DNA from: Burkholderiales bacterium | Lineage (GTDB): Bacteria; Pseudomonadota; Gammaproteobacteria; Burkholderiales; JAEUOS01 | Direction of reading: 5' to 3' | Assembly (NCBI GenBank): GCA_031423955.1 | Contig: JANPGJ010000547.1 | Coordinates: forward strand, 5,449 to 69,448 | Length of the DNA: 64,000 nt | In this document: positions 9,968 through 20,125 of the stretch, piece after piece | How positions within the stretch are numbered: position 1 is the stretch's first letter | How the letters are laid out: each line of letters opens with the position of its first letter | Position numbers and translations under genes: made by a program | Notes under the pieces: model-generated | The model's database searches: none | Seen by the model: only the letters and a program-made list of their open reading frames with translations | Told to the model about the DNA's origin: nothing

Positions 9968-10963
9968 ATGACCATCAACCGCCGCACTGCCTGCGCACTG
10001 GGCGCAGCCGCACTATTCTCGGCCGCCTGGCCGGCCGCCGCACAGGATGTGATCACGCTGCACGGCGCGGTGCAATTCAACGACGATCACGCGTTCAACA
10101 AGGCGCTGCTCAAGTTCGAGGAACTGGTCAAGAAGTATTACGCCAAGCCGGTCAATTTCGTGCTTCATCGCAACAGTGAACTCGGGCTCGAAAAGGATTA
10201 CTTCGCCTACATGAACCAGGGGAAGGCGGTCGATTACGCCATTGTTTCGCCGGCCCACATGTCGACCTTTTCCAAGGCGGCGCCATTCATCGACGCGCCT
10301 TTCCTGTTCCGCGACCTGGCGCACTGGAACAAGGTGCTCGACCGCGACTTGTTGAAACCGGTGGCCGATGAAGTGGCGAAAAAAGGCGAAGTTATGCTGA
10401 TCGGCTACGCTGGCGGCGGTGTACGCAATATTTTCGCCAACAAGCCGGTGCAGAACCTGGCTGAACTGAAAGGTCTCAAGGTGCGCGTGCAGGGCGCGCC
10501 GATCTGGAGCAAGACCTTCGGCGCGATCGGCATGTCACCCACCGTGATCGCCTACAACGAGATCTACAACGCGATCCAGAACAAGGTGATCGATGCCGGC
10601 GAAAACGAGGCGGCAGGGGTCGAGGCGATGAAATTCAACGAGGTCGCGCCGAACATCAACCTGACGCGCCACGCGATCACCATCCGCCCGATCTGCTTCT
10701 CGTCGAAAACCTTCGCAAAACTGCCCAAGGATCTGCAGGCCGCCGTCATGAAGGCGGGCAAGGAAGCCGGCGCCTATGGCCGCGAGATCGAGTCCTCGGA
10801 AGACCAGAAGAAACTCGACGCGATGGAAAAGGCCGGCAAGTTGAAGCAGGTGCCGTTTGCGGACCGTGCGGCGATGCAAAAGCTGGTCGATCCGGTAATG
10901 GCGGCATATGCCAAGGAAATCGGCGCCGAGCAGATCTACGCCAAGATCAACGCGATCAAGTAA
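9968..10963 (+). CDS. TRAP transporter substrate-binding protein (DctP family)
   Basis: Signal peptide MTINRRTACALGAAALFSAAWPAAAQ. DctP-like body, followed by Q and M subunits. Confidence 0.85.
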   Translation: MTINRRTACALGAAALFSAAWPAAAQDVITLHGAVQFNDDHAFNKALLKFEELVKKYYAKPVNFVLHRNSELGLEKDYFAYMNQGKAVDYAIVSPAHMSTFSKAAPFIDAPFLFRDLAHWNKVLDRDLLKPVADEVAKKGEVMLIGYAGGGVRNIFANKPVQNLAELKGLKVRVQGAPIWSKTFGAIGMSPTVIAYNEIYNAIQNKVIDAGENEAAGVEAMKFNEVAPNINLTRHAITIRPICFSSKTFAKLPKDLQAAVMKAGKEAGAYGREIESSEDQKKLDAMEKAGKLKQVPFADRAAMQKLVDPVMAAYAKEIGAEQIYAKINAIK

Positions 10964-11047
10964 AGCATTGCACCGGGGCGGACGGCGGTCCGCTCCGGGC
11001 CCCGCGTTTCACCCTTACCTGCCACCGGCGTTTGCGCGCCGCGCCCA

Positions 11048-11557
11048 ATGACCAAATTCCTTGACGGCTACCACCGACTGCTGACGTGGGTGCTCGCGTT
11101 CGCGGTCGCCATCCTCATCGTGCCAGTCTCGATCCAGATATTCTCGCGCTTTACCGCGCTGATCCCGGCCTACATCTGGACCGAGGAGATGAGCCGCTTT
11201 TTCTTCATCTGGATGGTGATGATCGGCGCCATCATCGGGGTGCGCGAGCGGCTGCATTTTGACGTCGATATCTGGTCCGACCTGTCGCCGCGCGCCAATG
11301 CCATGCTGCGCATCGTGGCCAACCTGTTTGTGCTGGGCTTCACCGGCGTCATGATCTACTGGGGCATCGAGTTCACCCAGTTCGGCTGGAACCAGACTTC
11401 CGAACTGGCCGACCTGCCAATGTGGCTGATCTTCATTGCCTGGCCGCTGACCGGCATCAGCTGGCTGCTGTTCCTCATCGAGGCGTTCGTGCGGGACGTG
11501 GATCTCTACCGGCGCGGCGAGAACCTGGATGGCAACGCACCGGAGGAGGCGCTGTGA
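11048..11557 (+). CDS. TRAP transporter small permease (DctQ family)
   Basis: A 169-aa protein with four hydrophobic segments, positioned between the P and M subunits. Confidence 0.8.
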   Translation: MTKFLDGYHRLLTWVLAFAVAILIVPVSIQIFSRFTALIPAYIWTEEMSRFFFIWMVMIGAIIGVRERLHFDVDIWSDLSPRANAMLRIVANLFVLGFTGVMIYWGIEFTQFGWNQTSELADLPMWLIFIAWPLTGISWLLFLIEAFVRDVDLYRRGENLDGNAPEEAL

Positions 11558-12873
11558 CCGGCGCCACCCTGTCACCGGCGATGGCGGCGCTGGTCCTGTT
11601 CGGCAGCTTCTTCGCCCTGCTTGCGGTGCGCGTGCCGGTCGCCTTCGCGCTGGGTCTGGCGGCGCTGCCGATACTGGTGGTTGAACCACGCCTGTCACCG
11701 ATGGTGCTGTTCAACGAGATGTTCAAGGCCTACAACTCGTTCATCCTGCTGGCGGTGCCGTTCTTCCTGCTCACCGCCAACCTGATGAACGTGGGCGGCA
11801 TCACCGATCGCCTGATGCGGCTGTCGCGATCGCTGGTGGGCCATTTCCCCGGTGGCCTTGCGCAGATCAACGTGGTGCTGTCGGTATTCTTCGCCGGCAT
11901 CTCGGGTTCTTCCACGGCGGATGCCGCAAGCCAGGGCAAGCTGTTCATCCAGGCGCAGGTCAAGGAGGGCTACGACCTGTCGTTTTCGATCGCCATCACC
12001 GCGGTATCGGCGGTGTTGGCGGTGATCATTCCGCCTTCAATACTGATGGTGGTGTGGGGTGGCGTCATTTCGACCTCGATCGGTGCCATGTATCTGGCGG
12101 GCGTGATTCCGGGCCTGTTGATCGGGCTGGCGCAAATGGCCACCGTGCACGCCTACGCGAAGCGTCGCAACTATCCGGTCTACCCGCGGGCCGGGGCGGG
12201 CGAGGTGCTGCGCTCGGCGCTGACCTCGATTCCGGCGCTGACCACGCCCCTGATCATCGTCGGCGGCATCCTGCTGGGCTGGTTCACCGCCACCGAATCG
12301 GCGGCGGCCGCGGTGCTGTATGCGGCCCTCCTGTCGATCTTCTACTACCGCGAGCTGAGCCTGCGCCAGCTCTACACCGCGATTGTCGACACCGGCAGGC
12401 TGGCCTCGGTCGCGCTGTTCTGCATCGGCACCGCGTCGGTGTTCGGCTGGCTGCTGGCCTATTACCAGATTCCCAAGGCATTGCTGGCCAATGTCACACA
12501 GTGGGGGCTGGGGCCGATCGGCGTCGGCTTCCTGATCGCCGGCGCATTCCTGGTGGTGGGCTGCTTTCTCGACGCCATCCCCGCCATCATCATCGTCGGC
12601 ACCACCCTGCAGCCGCTGGCCGCGTCGGTCGGGCTGCATCCGGTATCGTTCGCCATCATCGGCATCGTCTCGCTGGCCTTCGGCCTGGTGACTCCGCCCT
12701 ATGGCATGTGTCTGATGATTTCCTGCGCGGTGGCGAAGGTGCCGCTCAAGTATGCGCTCAAGGACACCATGATCATGCTCGTTCCAATGCTTCTGGTCCT
12801 GTGCGCCATCATCATCTGGCCCGAGATTCCCCTGCTGCTGCCGCGCTGGGTATCACCGGATCTGCTCAAGTAG
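11554..12873 (+). CDS. TRAP transporter large permease (DctM family)
   Basis: The GTG at 11554 overlaps the dctQ TGA. Polytopic ~439-aa protein with a DctM-like sequence. The upstream part of the track ORF is out-of-context junk. Confidence 0.85.
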   Translation: MTGATLSPAMAALVLFGSFFALLAVRVPVAFALGLAALPILVVEPRLSPMVLFNEMFKAYNSFILLAVPFFLLTANLMNVGGITDRLMRLSRSLVGHFPGGLAQINVVLSVFFAGISGSSTADAASQGKLFIQAQVKEGYDLSFSIAITAVSAVLAVIIPPSILMVVWGGVISTSIGAMYLAGVIPGLLIGLAQMATVHAYAKRRNYPVYPRAGAGEVLRSALTSIPALTTPLIIVGGILLGWFTATESAAAAVLYAALLSIFYYRELSLRQLYTAIVDTGRLASVALFCIGTASVFGWLLAYYQIPKALLANVTQWGLGPIGVGFLIAGAFLVVGCFLDAIPAIIIVGTTLQPLAASVGLHPVSFAIIGIVSLAFGLVTPPYGMCLMISCAVAKVPLKYALKDTMIMLVPMLLVLCAIIIWPEIPLLLPRWVSPDLLK

Positions 12874-12910
12874 CCACCGCGCCGGCGCTTCCTGTCACTG
12901 CGCCCTGACC

Positions 12911-13768
12911 ATGATTTCCATCGAACCGCTTTCCGACGTGTTGGGCGCCCGCATCCTGGGCATCGATCTGTCGCAACCGATGGACGCGGCCGCATTCAAG
13001 GCTGTCGAAGCGGCGCTGCACCGGCACTGTTTCATCATCTTCCCGAAGCAGCAGTTGAGTGCAGCGCAATTCCACGCCTTTTCGCGGCATTGGGGGCGCG
13101 CCGAGCCGCATGTGATCGATACTTTTCACCACCCCGAAATCAGCGACATCCTGGTGCTGTCGAACGTCGAGAAAGACGGCAAGCCGCAGGGCCTGAAAGA
13201 CGCCGGCACCTACTTTCATACCGACTACTCCTATCTCGACGTGCCGGCGCGCTGCACCATGCTCTACGCCTTGCAGATGCCGGATACCGGCAACGGCACC
13301 ACCTTTGCCAACCAGTCGCGGGCGTACGACGATTTGCCCGCCGCCACCAAGGCGCGCCTCGCAGGCCTGGTCGGACGCCACCACTATGGCAATCGCGACG
13401 ATCTGGACGAATCATCGCGCACAGTGGCCTCGGTGTTGAGCGAAGAGCAGAAGAAAAAGGTGCATTGGGTGCGCCACATGATTGCACGGGACCATCCGCA
13501 TGTAGGCCGCAAGTCGCTGTATTCGATTTCCGGCAGCTCGTTCGGTATCGAGGGCATGGACGATGCCGAAGCCGTGGCATTGCTCGACGAATTGAAGGCG
13601 CACGCCACCCAGGCGCGATACCTGTACACGGTGGACTACCGGGTCGGCGACGTGATCGTCTGGGACAACGCCCAGTTGCTGCACGCCGCGCCACTGCCCG
13701 ACCACGACCAGGCGCGCACCTTGTGGCGCATCACCGTCAAGGAAGATCCTTCAGTCGCCCTGTCGTGA
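12911..13768 (+). CDS. TauD/TfdA family Fe(II)/2-oxoglutarate dioxygenase
   Basis: HTDYSY...WDN..LLH...R pattern and the N-terminal LGARILGIDLS are typical of taurine dioxygenase-like enzymes. Confidence 0.85.
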   Translation: MISIEPLSDVLGARILGIDLSQPMDAAAFKAVEAALHRHCFIIFPKQQLSAAQFHAFSRHWGRAEPHVIDTFHHPEISDILVLSNVEKDGKPQGLKDAGTYFHTDYSYLDVPARCTMLYALQMPDTGNGTTFANQSRAYDDLPAATKARLAGLVGRHHYGNRDDLDESSRTVASVLSEEQKKKVHWVRHMIARDHPHVGRKSLYSISGSSFGIEGMDDAEAVALLDELKAHATQARYLYTVDYRVGDVIVWDNAQLLHAAPLPDHDQARTLWRITVKEDPSVALS

Positions 13769-13852
13769 GGCACGGTTCCTGCGTGATACTGCGTCTTTCA
13801 ACAGGTTGGTCCGCAGGCAGGCGCAGTCCCGTACTTGCCAGGATCAACCGCA

Positions 13853-14836
13853 ATGACGGAGTTTTTCATGCGTAATGTCGCAACCTTGCTCGCCGCCTGC
13901 CTGTTGGCGGGCATACCCGATGCCCATGCACAGGCCGATTACCCCAACAAGCCGATCCGCCTGGTGGTTGGCTTTGCCGCCGGCGGCATCTCCGATGTGC
14001 TTGGCCGCGCCGTTGCCGCCAAGCTGGCGGCCAACATCGGGCACAACGTGGTGGTCGAGAACAAGGCCGGCGCCGGCACCACGATTGCCGCCGATTTCAT
14101 CGCCAAGTCGGCGCCGGACGGCTACGCCCTGTTCCTGCAGGACATCACCACCCACGCAATCAACGCCAGCCTGTACCCAAAGCTGCCCTACGACTCGATC
14201 AAGGACTTCACGCCGATCGCACTGGTGGCCTCCACACCGCTGATGCTGGTGGTGCATCCTTCGACCCCGGCAAAAACCGTAAGGGAGCTGGTCGGCATGT
14301 TGAAAGCCAGCCCCGGCAAGTACGCCTACGGGTCGTCGGGCAATGGCACCATCCTGCACCTTGCCAGCGAACTGTTCGCCACGTCACAGGGCCTGACCGT
14401 CACCCATGTTCCGTACAAGGGCAGTTCCCCGGCCACCCAGGCGATCATGGCCAATGAGGTCTCGTTTGTGTTTTCCACCATGCCGCCGGCGATCAGCGCG
14501 GTCAAGGGCGGCAAGCTGCGCGCCCTGGCGGTGACCACCCCGGCGCGGGTCGGCACCGCGCCGGAGGTTCCCACCATGGTCGAGGCCGGCTTGCCCGGCT
14601 TCGAGGTGGTGCTCTATAGCGGCATCCTTGGGCCCAGGGGCATCGACCCCGCGGTGGTGAAAAAGATCAACGCCGAGTTCGCCAAAGTGGTTGCGAGTCC
14701 CGACGTGAAGAAGATTTTCGAGACCCTCGGCGCCGATCCGATCGCCACCGGCAGCGACGAGTTCGGGCGCATGATCGGCCGCGAGATCGGCCTGCTGGCG
14801 CCGCTGGTGAAGGCCTCCGGCGCCAAAGTGGAGTGA
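13853..14836 (+). CDS. Bug family tripartite tricarboxylate transporter substrate-binding protein
   Basis: The signal peptide is followed by DYPNKPIRLVVGFAAGG, the hallmark of Bug/TctC. Confidence 0.85.
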   Translation: MTEFFMRNVATLLAACLLAGIPDAHAQADYPNKPIRLVVGFAAGGISDVLGRAVAAKLAANIGHNVVVENKAGAGTTIAADFIAKSAPDGYALFLQDITTHAINASLYPKLPYDSIKDFTPIALVASTPLMLVVHPSTPAKTVRELVGMLKASPGKYAYGSSGNGTILHLASELFATSQGLTVTHVPYKGSSPATQAIMANEVSFVFSTMPPAISAVKGGKLRALAVTTPARVGTAPEVPTMVEAGLPGFEVVLYSGILGPRGIDPAVVKKINAEFAKVVASPDVKKIFETLGADPIATGSDEFGRMIGREIGLLAPLVKASGAKVE

Positions 14837-14844
14837 CTAGTCCG

Positions 14845-15759
14845 ATGGACGAAAACAAACCGCTGCTGCCGCAGCACGATCGTTACGACTACGTGCCGCT
14901 GCCGGAGCGGCGCGACTACAGTTGGCCGGACGGCAAGCGCCTCGCCTTCACGCTCACCACCAACATCGAATGGTTCGCCTACTGCGCCGGCCTGGGCCAC
15001 GATCCGGCCAAGACCGGGGAGCCGCAGACCCATCGCAACTATGCCTGGCGCGACTATGGCAACCGCATCGGCGTCTGGCGCCTGTTCGGGTTGCTCGACG
15101 AGTTGAAGTTGCCGGCGGGGCACAACTGCAACAGCCTCTTGTACGACTATGCGCCGCAAATCATGGACGCGATCAGGAAGCGCGGCGATGAGGTGGTGGC
15201 GCATGGCCGCAGCAACGCCGAAAACCTGCGTGGACTGTGGCAGCCGGATGAGGAGCGCATCCTGCGTGAAGTCACCGACACCATCACTCGCCACGAAGGC
15301 CGCGCGCCGAGCGGCTGGATGGGTTCCGGCGCTTATGAAACCGGCAACACCCTGGACCTGCTCAAGGAGATCGGTTACCAGTATGTGATGGACTGGCCGA
15401 TGGACGACCAGCCGGTCTGGCTGCGAACCCGCAACGGCCCGATTCTCTCGGTGCCGTATCCGATCGAGCTCAACGACTCACAGGTGGTGATTCACCGCAA
15501 GCAGGACGCCGGCGACTTCTGCGACATGATCGTCGAGCAGTTCGACGAGATGATCGAACAGTCGGTCGCCCACCCGCTGGTGATGAATGTGTCGATCCAC
15601 ACCTATGTGTTCGGCCAGCCGTTCCGCCTGCGCATGATCCGCCGTGCGCTCAGGCATTGCCTGGAGCATCCGCAGGCGAAGCAGGTCTGGTGGGTCAAGC
15701 CGTGCGAGATCGCCGCGCATTGCCTCGCATTGCCGCCTGGCGTCATTCCGGGTTCGTAG
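14845..15759 (+). CDS. polysaccharide deacetylase family protein (PuuE/allantoinase-like)
   Basis: RYDYVPLPERRDYSWPDGKRLAF...NIEWF and the C-terminal HTYVFGQPFR pattern. The alternative GTG at 14833 overlaps the upstream stop. Confidence 0.7.
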   Translation: MDENKPLLPQHDRYDYVPLPERRDYSWPDGKRLAFTLTTNIEWFAYCAGLGHDPAKTGEPQTHRNYAWRDYGNRIGVWRLFGLLDELKLPAGHNCNSLLYDYAPQIMDAIRKRGDEVVAHGRSNAENLRGLWQPDEERILREVTDTITRHEGRAPSGWMGSGAYETGNTLDLLKEIGYQYVMDWPMDDQPVWLRTRNGPILSVPYPIELNDSQVVIHRKQDAGDFCDMIVEQFDEMIEQSVAHPLVMNVSIHTYVFGQPFRLRMIRRALRHCLEHPQAKQVWWVKPCEIAAHCLALPPGVIPGS

Positions 15760-15824
15760 GAAAGTCCCTGACGGGGATTCGAGAATCCCTATACTCGCAC
15801 TGGTTCGAATGATAAGAGGTTGCG

Positions 15825-16367
15825 ATGCCGCGCCGCTGGCTCAAGCGAGTATTGCCCGATGTCGAAAAGTATCGCGATACCCAGGTAGCGCGCATGCTCG
15901 GGCCGCGCTTTTTCCACCCGGCGCTATGGCATCTTAGCCGGCGCAGCGTCGCCGGTGGCGTTGCGATCGGTCTGTTTTGCGGGCTGATTCCGGGGCCTCT
16001 GCAAATGTTGGGCGGCGCCCTGTGCGCGGTCTGGCTCAAGCGCAACCTGCCGATCGCGCTGGTCACCACGCTCTACACCAACCCCTTGACCATCATTCCC
16101 CTCTATCTGCTTGCCTACAAGCTGGGCGCGTTCGTGATCGGCCCGTCGACCGATGCGGTGGCGGTGCCGGTGTTGTCCGGCCTGTCGCCGGCGCAGTGGG
16201 CCGAAGTGATCAGTACGTGGTCGATGTCACTTGGAAAGCCGCTGCTGGTCGGTGTGCCCTTGCTCGGTGCCCTGCTCGCGGTCGCCGGCTATGGCGTCGT
16301 GCATGCAGGCTGGAGCATGTATCTGCGCTGGAAGTGGAGGCAGCGCAAGCGGGCGGCGCGGCGCTGA
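15825..16367 (+). CDS. DUF2062 domain membrane protein
   Basis: HPALWHLSRRSVAGGVAIGLFCGLIP...TNPLTIIPLY is the DUF2062 pattern. Confidence 0.7.
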   Translation: MPRRWLKRVLPDVEKYRDTQVARMLGPRFFHPALWHLSRRSVAGGVAIGLFCGLIPGPLQMLGGALCAVWLKRNLPIALVTTLYTNPLTIIPLYLLAYKLGAFVIGPSTDAVAVPVLSGLSPAQWAEVISTWSMSLGKPLLVGVPLLGALLAVAGYGVVHAGWSMYLRWKWRQRKRAARR

Positions 16368-16421
16368 TGCCGCGCATTTCCGGATAGCTGAGTGAACTGC
16401 AGTGCAAACGCAAGGACCTTC

Positions 16422-17465
16422 ATGAAAACCGCCGTCGTGGTCGGTGCCCTCGGAGTGATGGGCCGCTATATCGTCGACAAACTCGCATCCCTGCCCGACT
16501 GGCAGGTGATCGGCCTGTCGCGCCGCAAGGGTGAAGACCGCGAGCGGGTGCGCTATGTATCGGTAGATCTGCAGAAACCTTTCGAACCCGATTTCGGCCC
16601 GGCCACCCATCTGTTCTACGCCGCGTTCCAGGCCCCCGCCGGCAAGGCCGCCGACTACGCCGCCAACATCGCCCCGAATCGCGACATGCTGGTCAATTCC
16701 GTCTCCGCTGTCGAGCGCAGCTCACCCTCTTTGGAGCGGGTGGTGCTGATCACCGGCACCAAGTATTACGGCTCGCACCTCGGGCCATTCAAGACGCCGG
16801 CACGCGAGACCGACCCGCGCCACGCCGGCGCCAACTATTACTTCGACCAGATCGACTGGCTGACCGACTTCCAGAAAGGCAAGCGCTGGACCTGGGCCGA
16901 ACTGCGCCCGCAAACCCTGTGCGGCTTCGCCCCCGGCACGGCGATGAGCATCCTGCCGGTGATCGCGGTCTACGCCGCCATCATGAAAGAGTTGGGGCGG
17001 CCGATGGCCTGGCCAGGCAAGCCTGGTTCCGGCCGCGCCATCTACCAGGTGACCGACTCCGCGCACTTCGCCAACGCCGCCCTGTGGGCCGCCACCGACC
17101 TGCGCTGCGCCAACCAGGCATACAACCTGACCAACGGCGACTATTTCCGCTGGCAGGACATCTGGCCGCGGCTGGCTGCGGTGTTCGGCACGCAGGCGGG
17201 CGAGCCTATGCCACTCAATCTCACCGAATTCATGGCGGACAAGGCGCCGCTGTGGGATGCGATTGTCAAGAAGCACGGCCTCAAACCCTATCGCTTTGAT
17301 GAAGTGGTGGCCTGGCCGTTCGGCGATTACGTGTTCAACACGTCGTGGGACGTCATGTCATCGGTGACCAAGTCACGTCTGCACGGCTTTCAAGAGGTGG
17401 TCGATAGTGAAGAGATGTTCGTGCGATTGCTACAACGTTTCAGGGCGGAGCGCATCGTCCCTTGA
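16422..17465 (+). CDS. NAD-dependent epimerase/dehydratase-type SDR protein
   Basis: The ATG at 16422 gives MKTAVVVGALGVMGRYIV (Rossmann motif). ~347 aa. Confidence 0.7.
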   Translation: MKTAVVVGALGVMGRYIVDKLASLPDWQVIGLSRRKGEDRERVRYVSVDLQKPFEPDFGPATHLFYAAFQAPAGKAADYAANIAPNRDMLVNSVSAVERSSPSLERVVLITGTKYYGSHLGPFKTPARETDPRHAGANYYFDQIDWLTDFQKGKRWTWAELRPQTLCGFAPGTAMSILPVIAVYAAIMKELGRPMAWPGKPGSGRAIYQVTDSAHFANAALWAATDLRCANQAYNLTNGDYFRWQDIWPRLAAVFGTQAGEPMPLNLTEFMADKAPLWDAIVKKHGLKPYRFDEVVAWPFGDYVFNTSWDVMSSVTKSRLHGFQEVVDSEEMFVRLLQRFRAERIVP

Positions 17466-17528
17466 GAGCGCGGCGCGCGGCCGCATGCCAAGAATTTGGG
17501 TGCGACTGAATCAGCAACCGGCGCTTCA

Positions 17529-18500
17529 CTATGCGGCGATGGCCCGACCCTTGCCGTAGGTGCGCTCAACCATTTCCATCATGTGTTCGATGGCGCTGCA
17601 GGGCGGGTATCGCGGCGGGTTTTGTGCGGTCGAACAAGTTGGCAAGCATTCGATCCGGGTTTGCGGGTCCGGGGCGAAAAAGAAAGCCATCGAATAGCGG
17701 TCAATATCGGTCTGGCGATTGCGCACGCGGTGCGGGCTGGAGCGATAGAAGTCGTTGGTCCAGCGCGCCATGAGATCGCCGATATTGACGATCAGCGCAC
17801 CGGGAATCGGCGTCGCGTCGATCCATTGATCCTCGACCGTGCGTACCTGCAGCCCGCCCGCGCCATCCTGCATGAGCAGCGTCACCGCACCCCAGTCGGT
17901 ATGCATGCTGGCGCCGAACTGGTCGCTCGGCACCGCCGCGGGATGCGGCGGATAGCGCACCAGCCGCAGATGACAGCTGGGTTGCCGGAACATCGGATCG
18001 AAATGCCCGGCGTCAAGGCGCAGTGAGAGCGCGAACAGTCGCACCACCTCGTGGCGCAACGCGGTCACCGCCGCCAGGTAGTCGAGCATCGCGGTGCGGA
18101 AATCGGGCATTCCGGCCGGCCATTGGTTGGCGCCCCATGAACGCATGCCGGCCGCGACATAGGGATGCTGGTCGGGCAGATCGAAGCTGCAATAGAAGCT
18201 TTCCTTCAAGTCGGGAGCCGAGACGCCATCGAGCGACTGTGCGCACAGCGGCTCCCATCCCGCGAGGCTTTTCGATTGCTTGTGGAACACCCGCTGCTTG
18301 ATCGATTCCGGTTGCCGAAAAAAGCCTTGCGACGCGCCGAACGCGGCATCGATTGTGCGCTGGCCGATGCCGTGCCCCACCAGATAGAAGAACCCGGTGT
18401 CGCGGCAGGCGCGCTCGATTTGCGCGGCAACTTCGCTGCGTGCCTCCTGCCGGCCGCCGGCGAGGCGGCTGAAGTCGATGATCGGGAGCTGTGCGGCCAT
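17529..18500 (-). CDS. 2OG-Fe(II) oxygenase (isopenicillin N synthase family)
   Basis: LPIIDFSRL...ACRDTGFFYLVGHGI N-terminus. HTDWGAVTLL...RSSPHRV metal and 2OG motifs. Confidence 0.85.
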   Translation of the reverse strand: MAAQLPIIDFSRLAGGRQEARSEVAAQIERACRDTGFFYLVGHGIGQRTIDAAFGASQGFFRQPESIKQRVFHKQSKSLAGWEPLCAQSLDGVSAPDLKESFYCSFDLPDQHPYVAAGMRSWGANQWPAGMPDFRTAMLDYLAAVTALRHEVVRLFALSLRLDAGHFDPMFRQPSCHLRLVRYPPHPAAVPSDQFGASMHTDWGAVTLLMQDGAGGLQVRTVEDQWIDATPIPGALIVNIGDLMARWTNDFYRSSPHRVRNRQTDIDRYSMAFFFAPDPQTRIECLPTCSTAQNPPRYPPCSAIEHMMEMVERTYGKGRAIAA

Positions 18501-18504
18501 ACGG

Positions 18505-19554
18505 CTACTTCGAAAACACCATACGATCGCTTTTTGCCGGCAGGAATGACGAATTGAACATGGCGTCCACCACCGGGGATGTCTTGAGCGCGAAGGCCGC
18601 GACCACCTCCGCGGTCGAATTCTCCAGGCGAACCTTGTTGACCGCGCCGATGCCGTTGGAAACCGTATTGGCGGTCTTGACCGAGATATCGATCGCCATC
18701 TTCAGTCGGCGGGTTTCAAGCGCCACATCGATCAGCGGATCGCGCGCCTTGACGAATTGAATCGCCGCGTCAGGATTCTGGATCACCTCGCGAACGCCCC
18801 GTACCAGCGCGCGATTGAAGCGCCGGATCGCGTCTGGCTGCTCGGCGATGAACTTCGGGCTGGCCACGATGAAGCTTCCATAGAGCGTAGCGCCGCGGTC
18901 GGAGTACTTGAAGGCAACGATATCCTCTTCCTTGGCGCCGCGCTGCAGCAGGCTGAACCAGTTGGAGAACAGAAAGCCGGTCACCGCATCCACCTCATTG
19001 CGCACCAGCATCGTTTCGCGCAAAGAAGGCTCCATCGTGGTCCACTTGATCTTGCTCATGTCGAGGCCGGTGGCACGAGCGAACAGGGGAAACGCTTTGC
19101 GACCCGCATCCGAGATCGGCGCGCCAATGTTTTTTCCTTCAAAGTCTTTCGGTTTGGTGATGCCAGACTTTTTGAGCGTGACAATCGCCGCCGGCGAGGC
19201 GTCGTAGAGCGTGAAAATTCCCTGCAGTTGCGCTTGCGGCGACGAGGGATTCTGGCCCAGGAATTCGGTGAAAGCGCTCACATCGGCAAGCGCCATGTCA
19301 TGCGAACCGGCCGCCACCCGAGTCAATACGCCAGCCGACCCGTTGCCGGTGTCGATAGTGACATCAAGTCCCTCTTCCTTGAAATAGCCCTTGGCCACGG
19401 GCAGGAGAAAGAATGCGGCCGGGCCCTGGAACAGCCAGTCGAGGCTGACGCGGATCCGGGTCGGGGCCTGCTGCGCTGAGCTCGGGGTGATCATGACAGC
19501 GAACAGCAGTGTTGCTACCAGTGTTTTCCCTGTGCTTTTCATCAACATGGCCAA
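18505..19554 (-). CDS. ABC transporter substrate-binding protein (NMT1/THI5-like, nitrate/sulfonate/bicarbonate class)
   Basis: Signal peptide, then RVSLDWLFQGPAAFF..AKGYFKEEGLDV, which is typical of the family. Confidence 0.7.
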   Translation of the reverse strand: MAMLMKSTGKTLVATLLFAVMITPSSAQQAPTRIRVSLDWLFQGPAAFFLLPVAKGYFKEEGLDVTIDTGNGSAGVLTRVAAGSHDMALADVSAFTEFLGQNPSSPQAQLQGIFTLYDASPAAIVTLKKSGITKPKDFEGKNIGAPISDAGRKAFPLFARATGLDMSKIKWTTMEPSLRETMLVRNEVDAVTGFLFSNWFSLLQRGAKEEDIVAFKYSDRGATLYGSFIVASPKFIAEQPDAIRRFNRALVRGVREVIQNPDAAIQFVKARDPLIDVALETRRLKMAIDISVKTANTVSNGIGAVNKVRLENSTAEVVAAFALKTSPVVDAMFNSSFLPAKSDRMVFSK

Positions 19555-19789
19555 TCTTCCTTTTTCTGTGTGCCTGGGGTCCGCCCTCAGCGGCGTTAGG
19601 GAAACGAGTTGTTAGGGGAAAGACTTGGCAATTGGTATGCCACATGCAAGCGAGTCGGCTTCGAGGATATCTGCCGGCGGCACTGGCCACTCTTGGCAGA
19701 TTGACGCGCGGCGAAGATGCGAAATGGCTGTGGCATGCACCTCTGCCGTGCCCCGCGCGCCCGGATCTTCCTCATGATCGACCACAATG

Positions 19790-20125
19790 CCGCGCTAGCC
19801 CCCCCGGGCTGGTCGCGGCGGTCACCGCCCAGGCCCCTACCGCGGTAGCGCCAGCATCGACTTTGTGGCGACCCGCGAACAGACCTGCCAGCGTGCCGTG
19901 ACCCGGTATCTGTGGGAGCGCCTGCGCTCGCGCATCCTTGGGGTCTTGCCCCCGCCATCCACGTTTTGCCGCGCTCGGATTCGGAGCATCGCCTTCATCG
20001 ACGATGCCGGCACCGTGAATAAGTTTCTCGATCACATCGGCGAACCCACCCAGCCTTCAGGCGCAGCTCCGGTGTGTGGGCCACCGCTGTGGGGGGCGGT
20101 AGCGGTGCAGGTGCAGAACGATTGA
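19790..20125 (+). pseudogene. relic of the C-terminal end of an IS91-family (Y2) transposase
   Basis: ...RYLWERLRSRILGV..CRARIRSIAFIDDAGTVNKFLDHIGEPTQPSGAAPVCGPPLW matches the conserved IS91-type C-terminus. That C-terminus reads ...YLWA.LLARI...C..CGG.MR.IAFI.D...I..IL.HLGEP..PP...PARGPPLW. The Zn-finger cysteines are lost and the upstream part is frame-broken. Confidence 0.5.

Noticed and set aside
9097-9971. A 283-aa minus-strand ORF and several 100-aa ORFs over the GNAT gene and the TRAP upstream region.
   Set aside because: They have Arg/Pro-rich shadow-frame composition and lie antisense to a frame with recognisable GNAT motifs.
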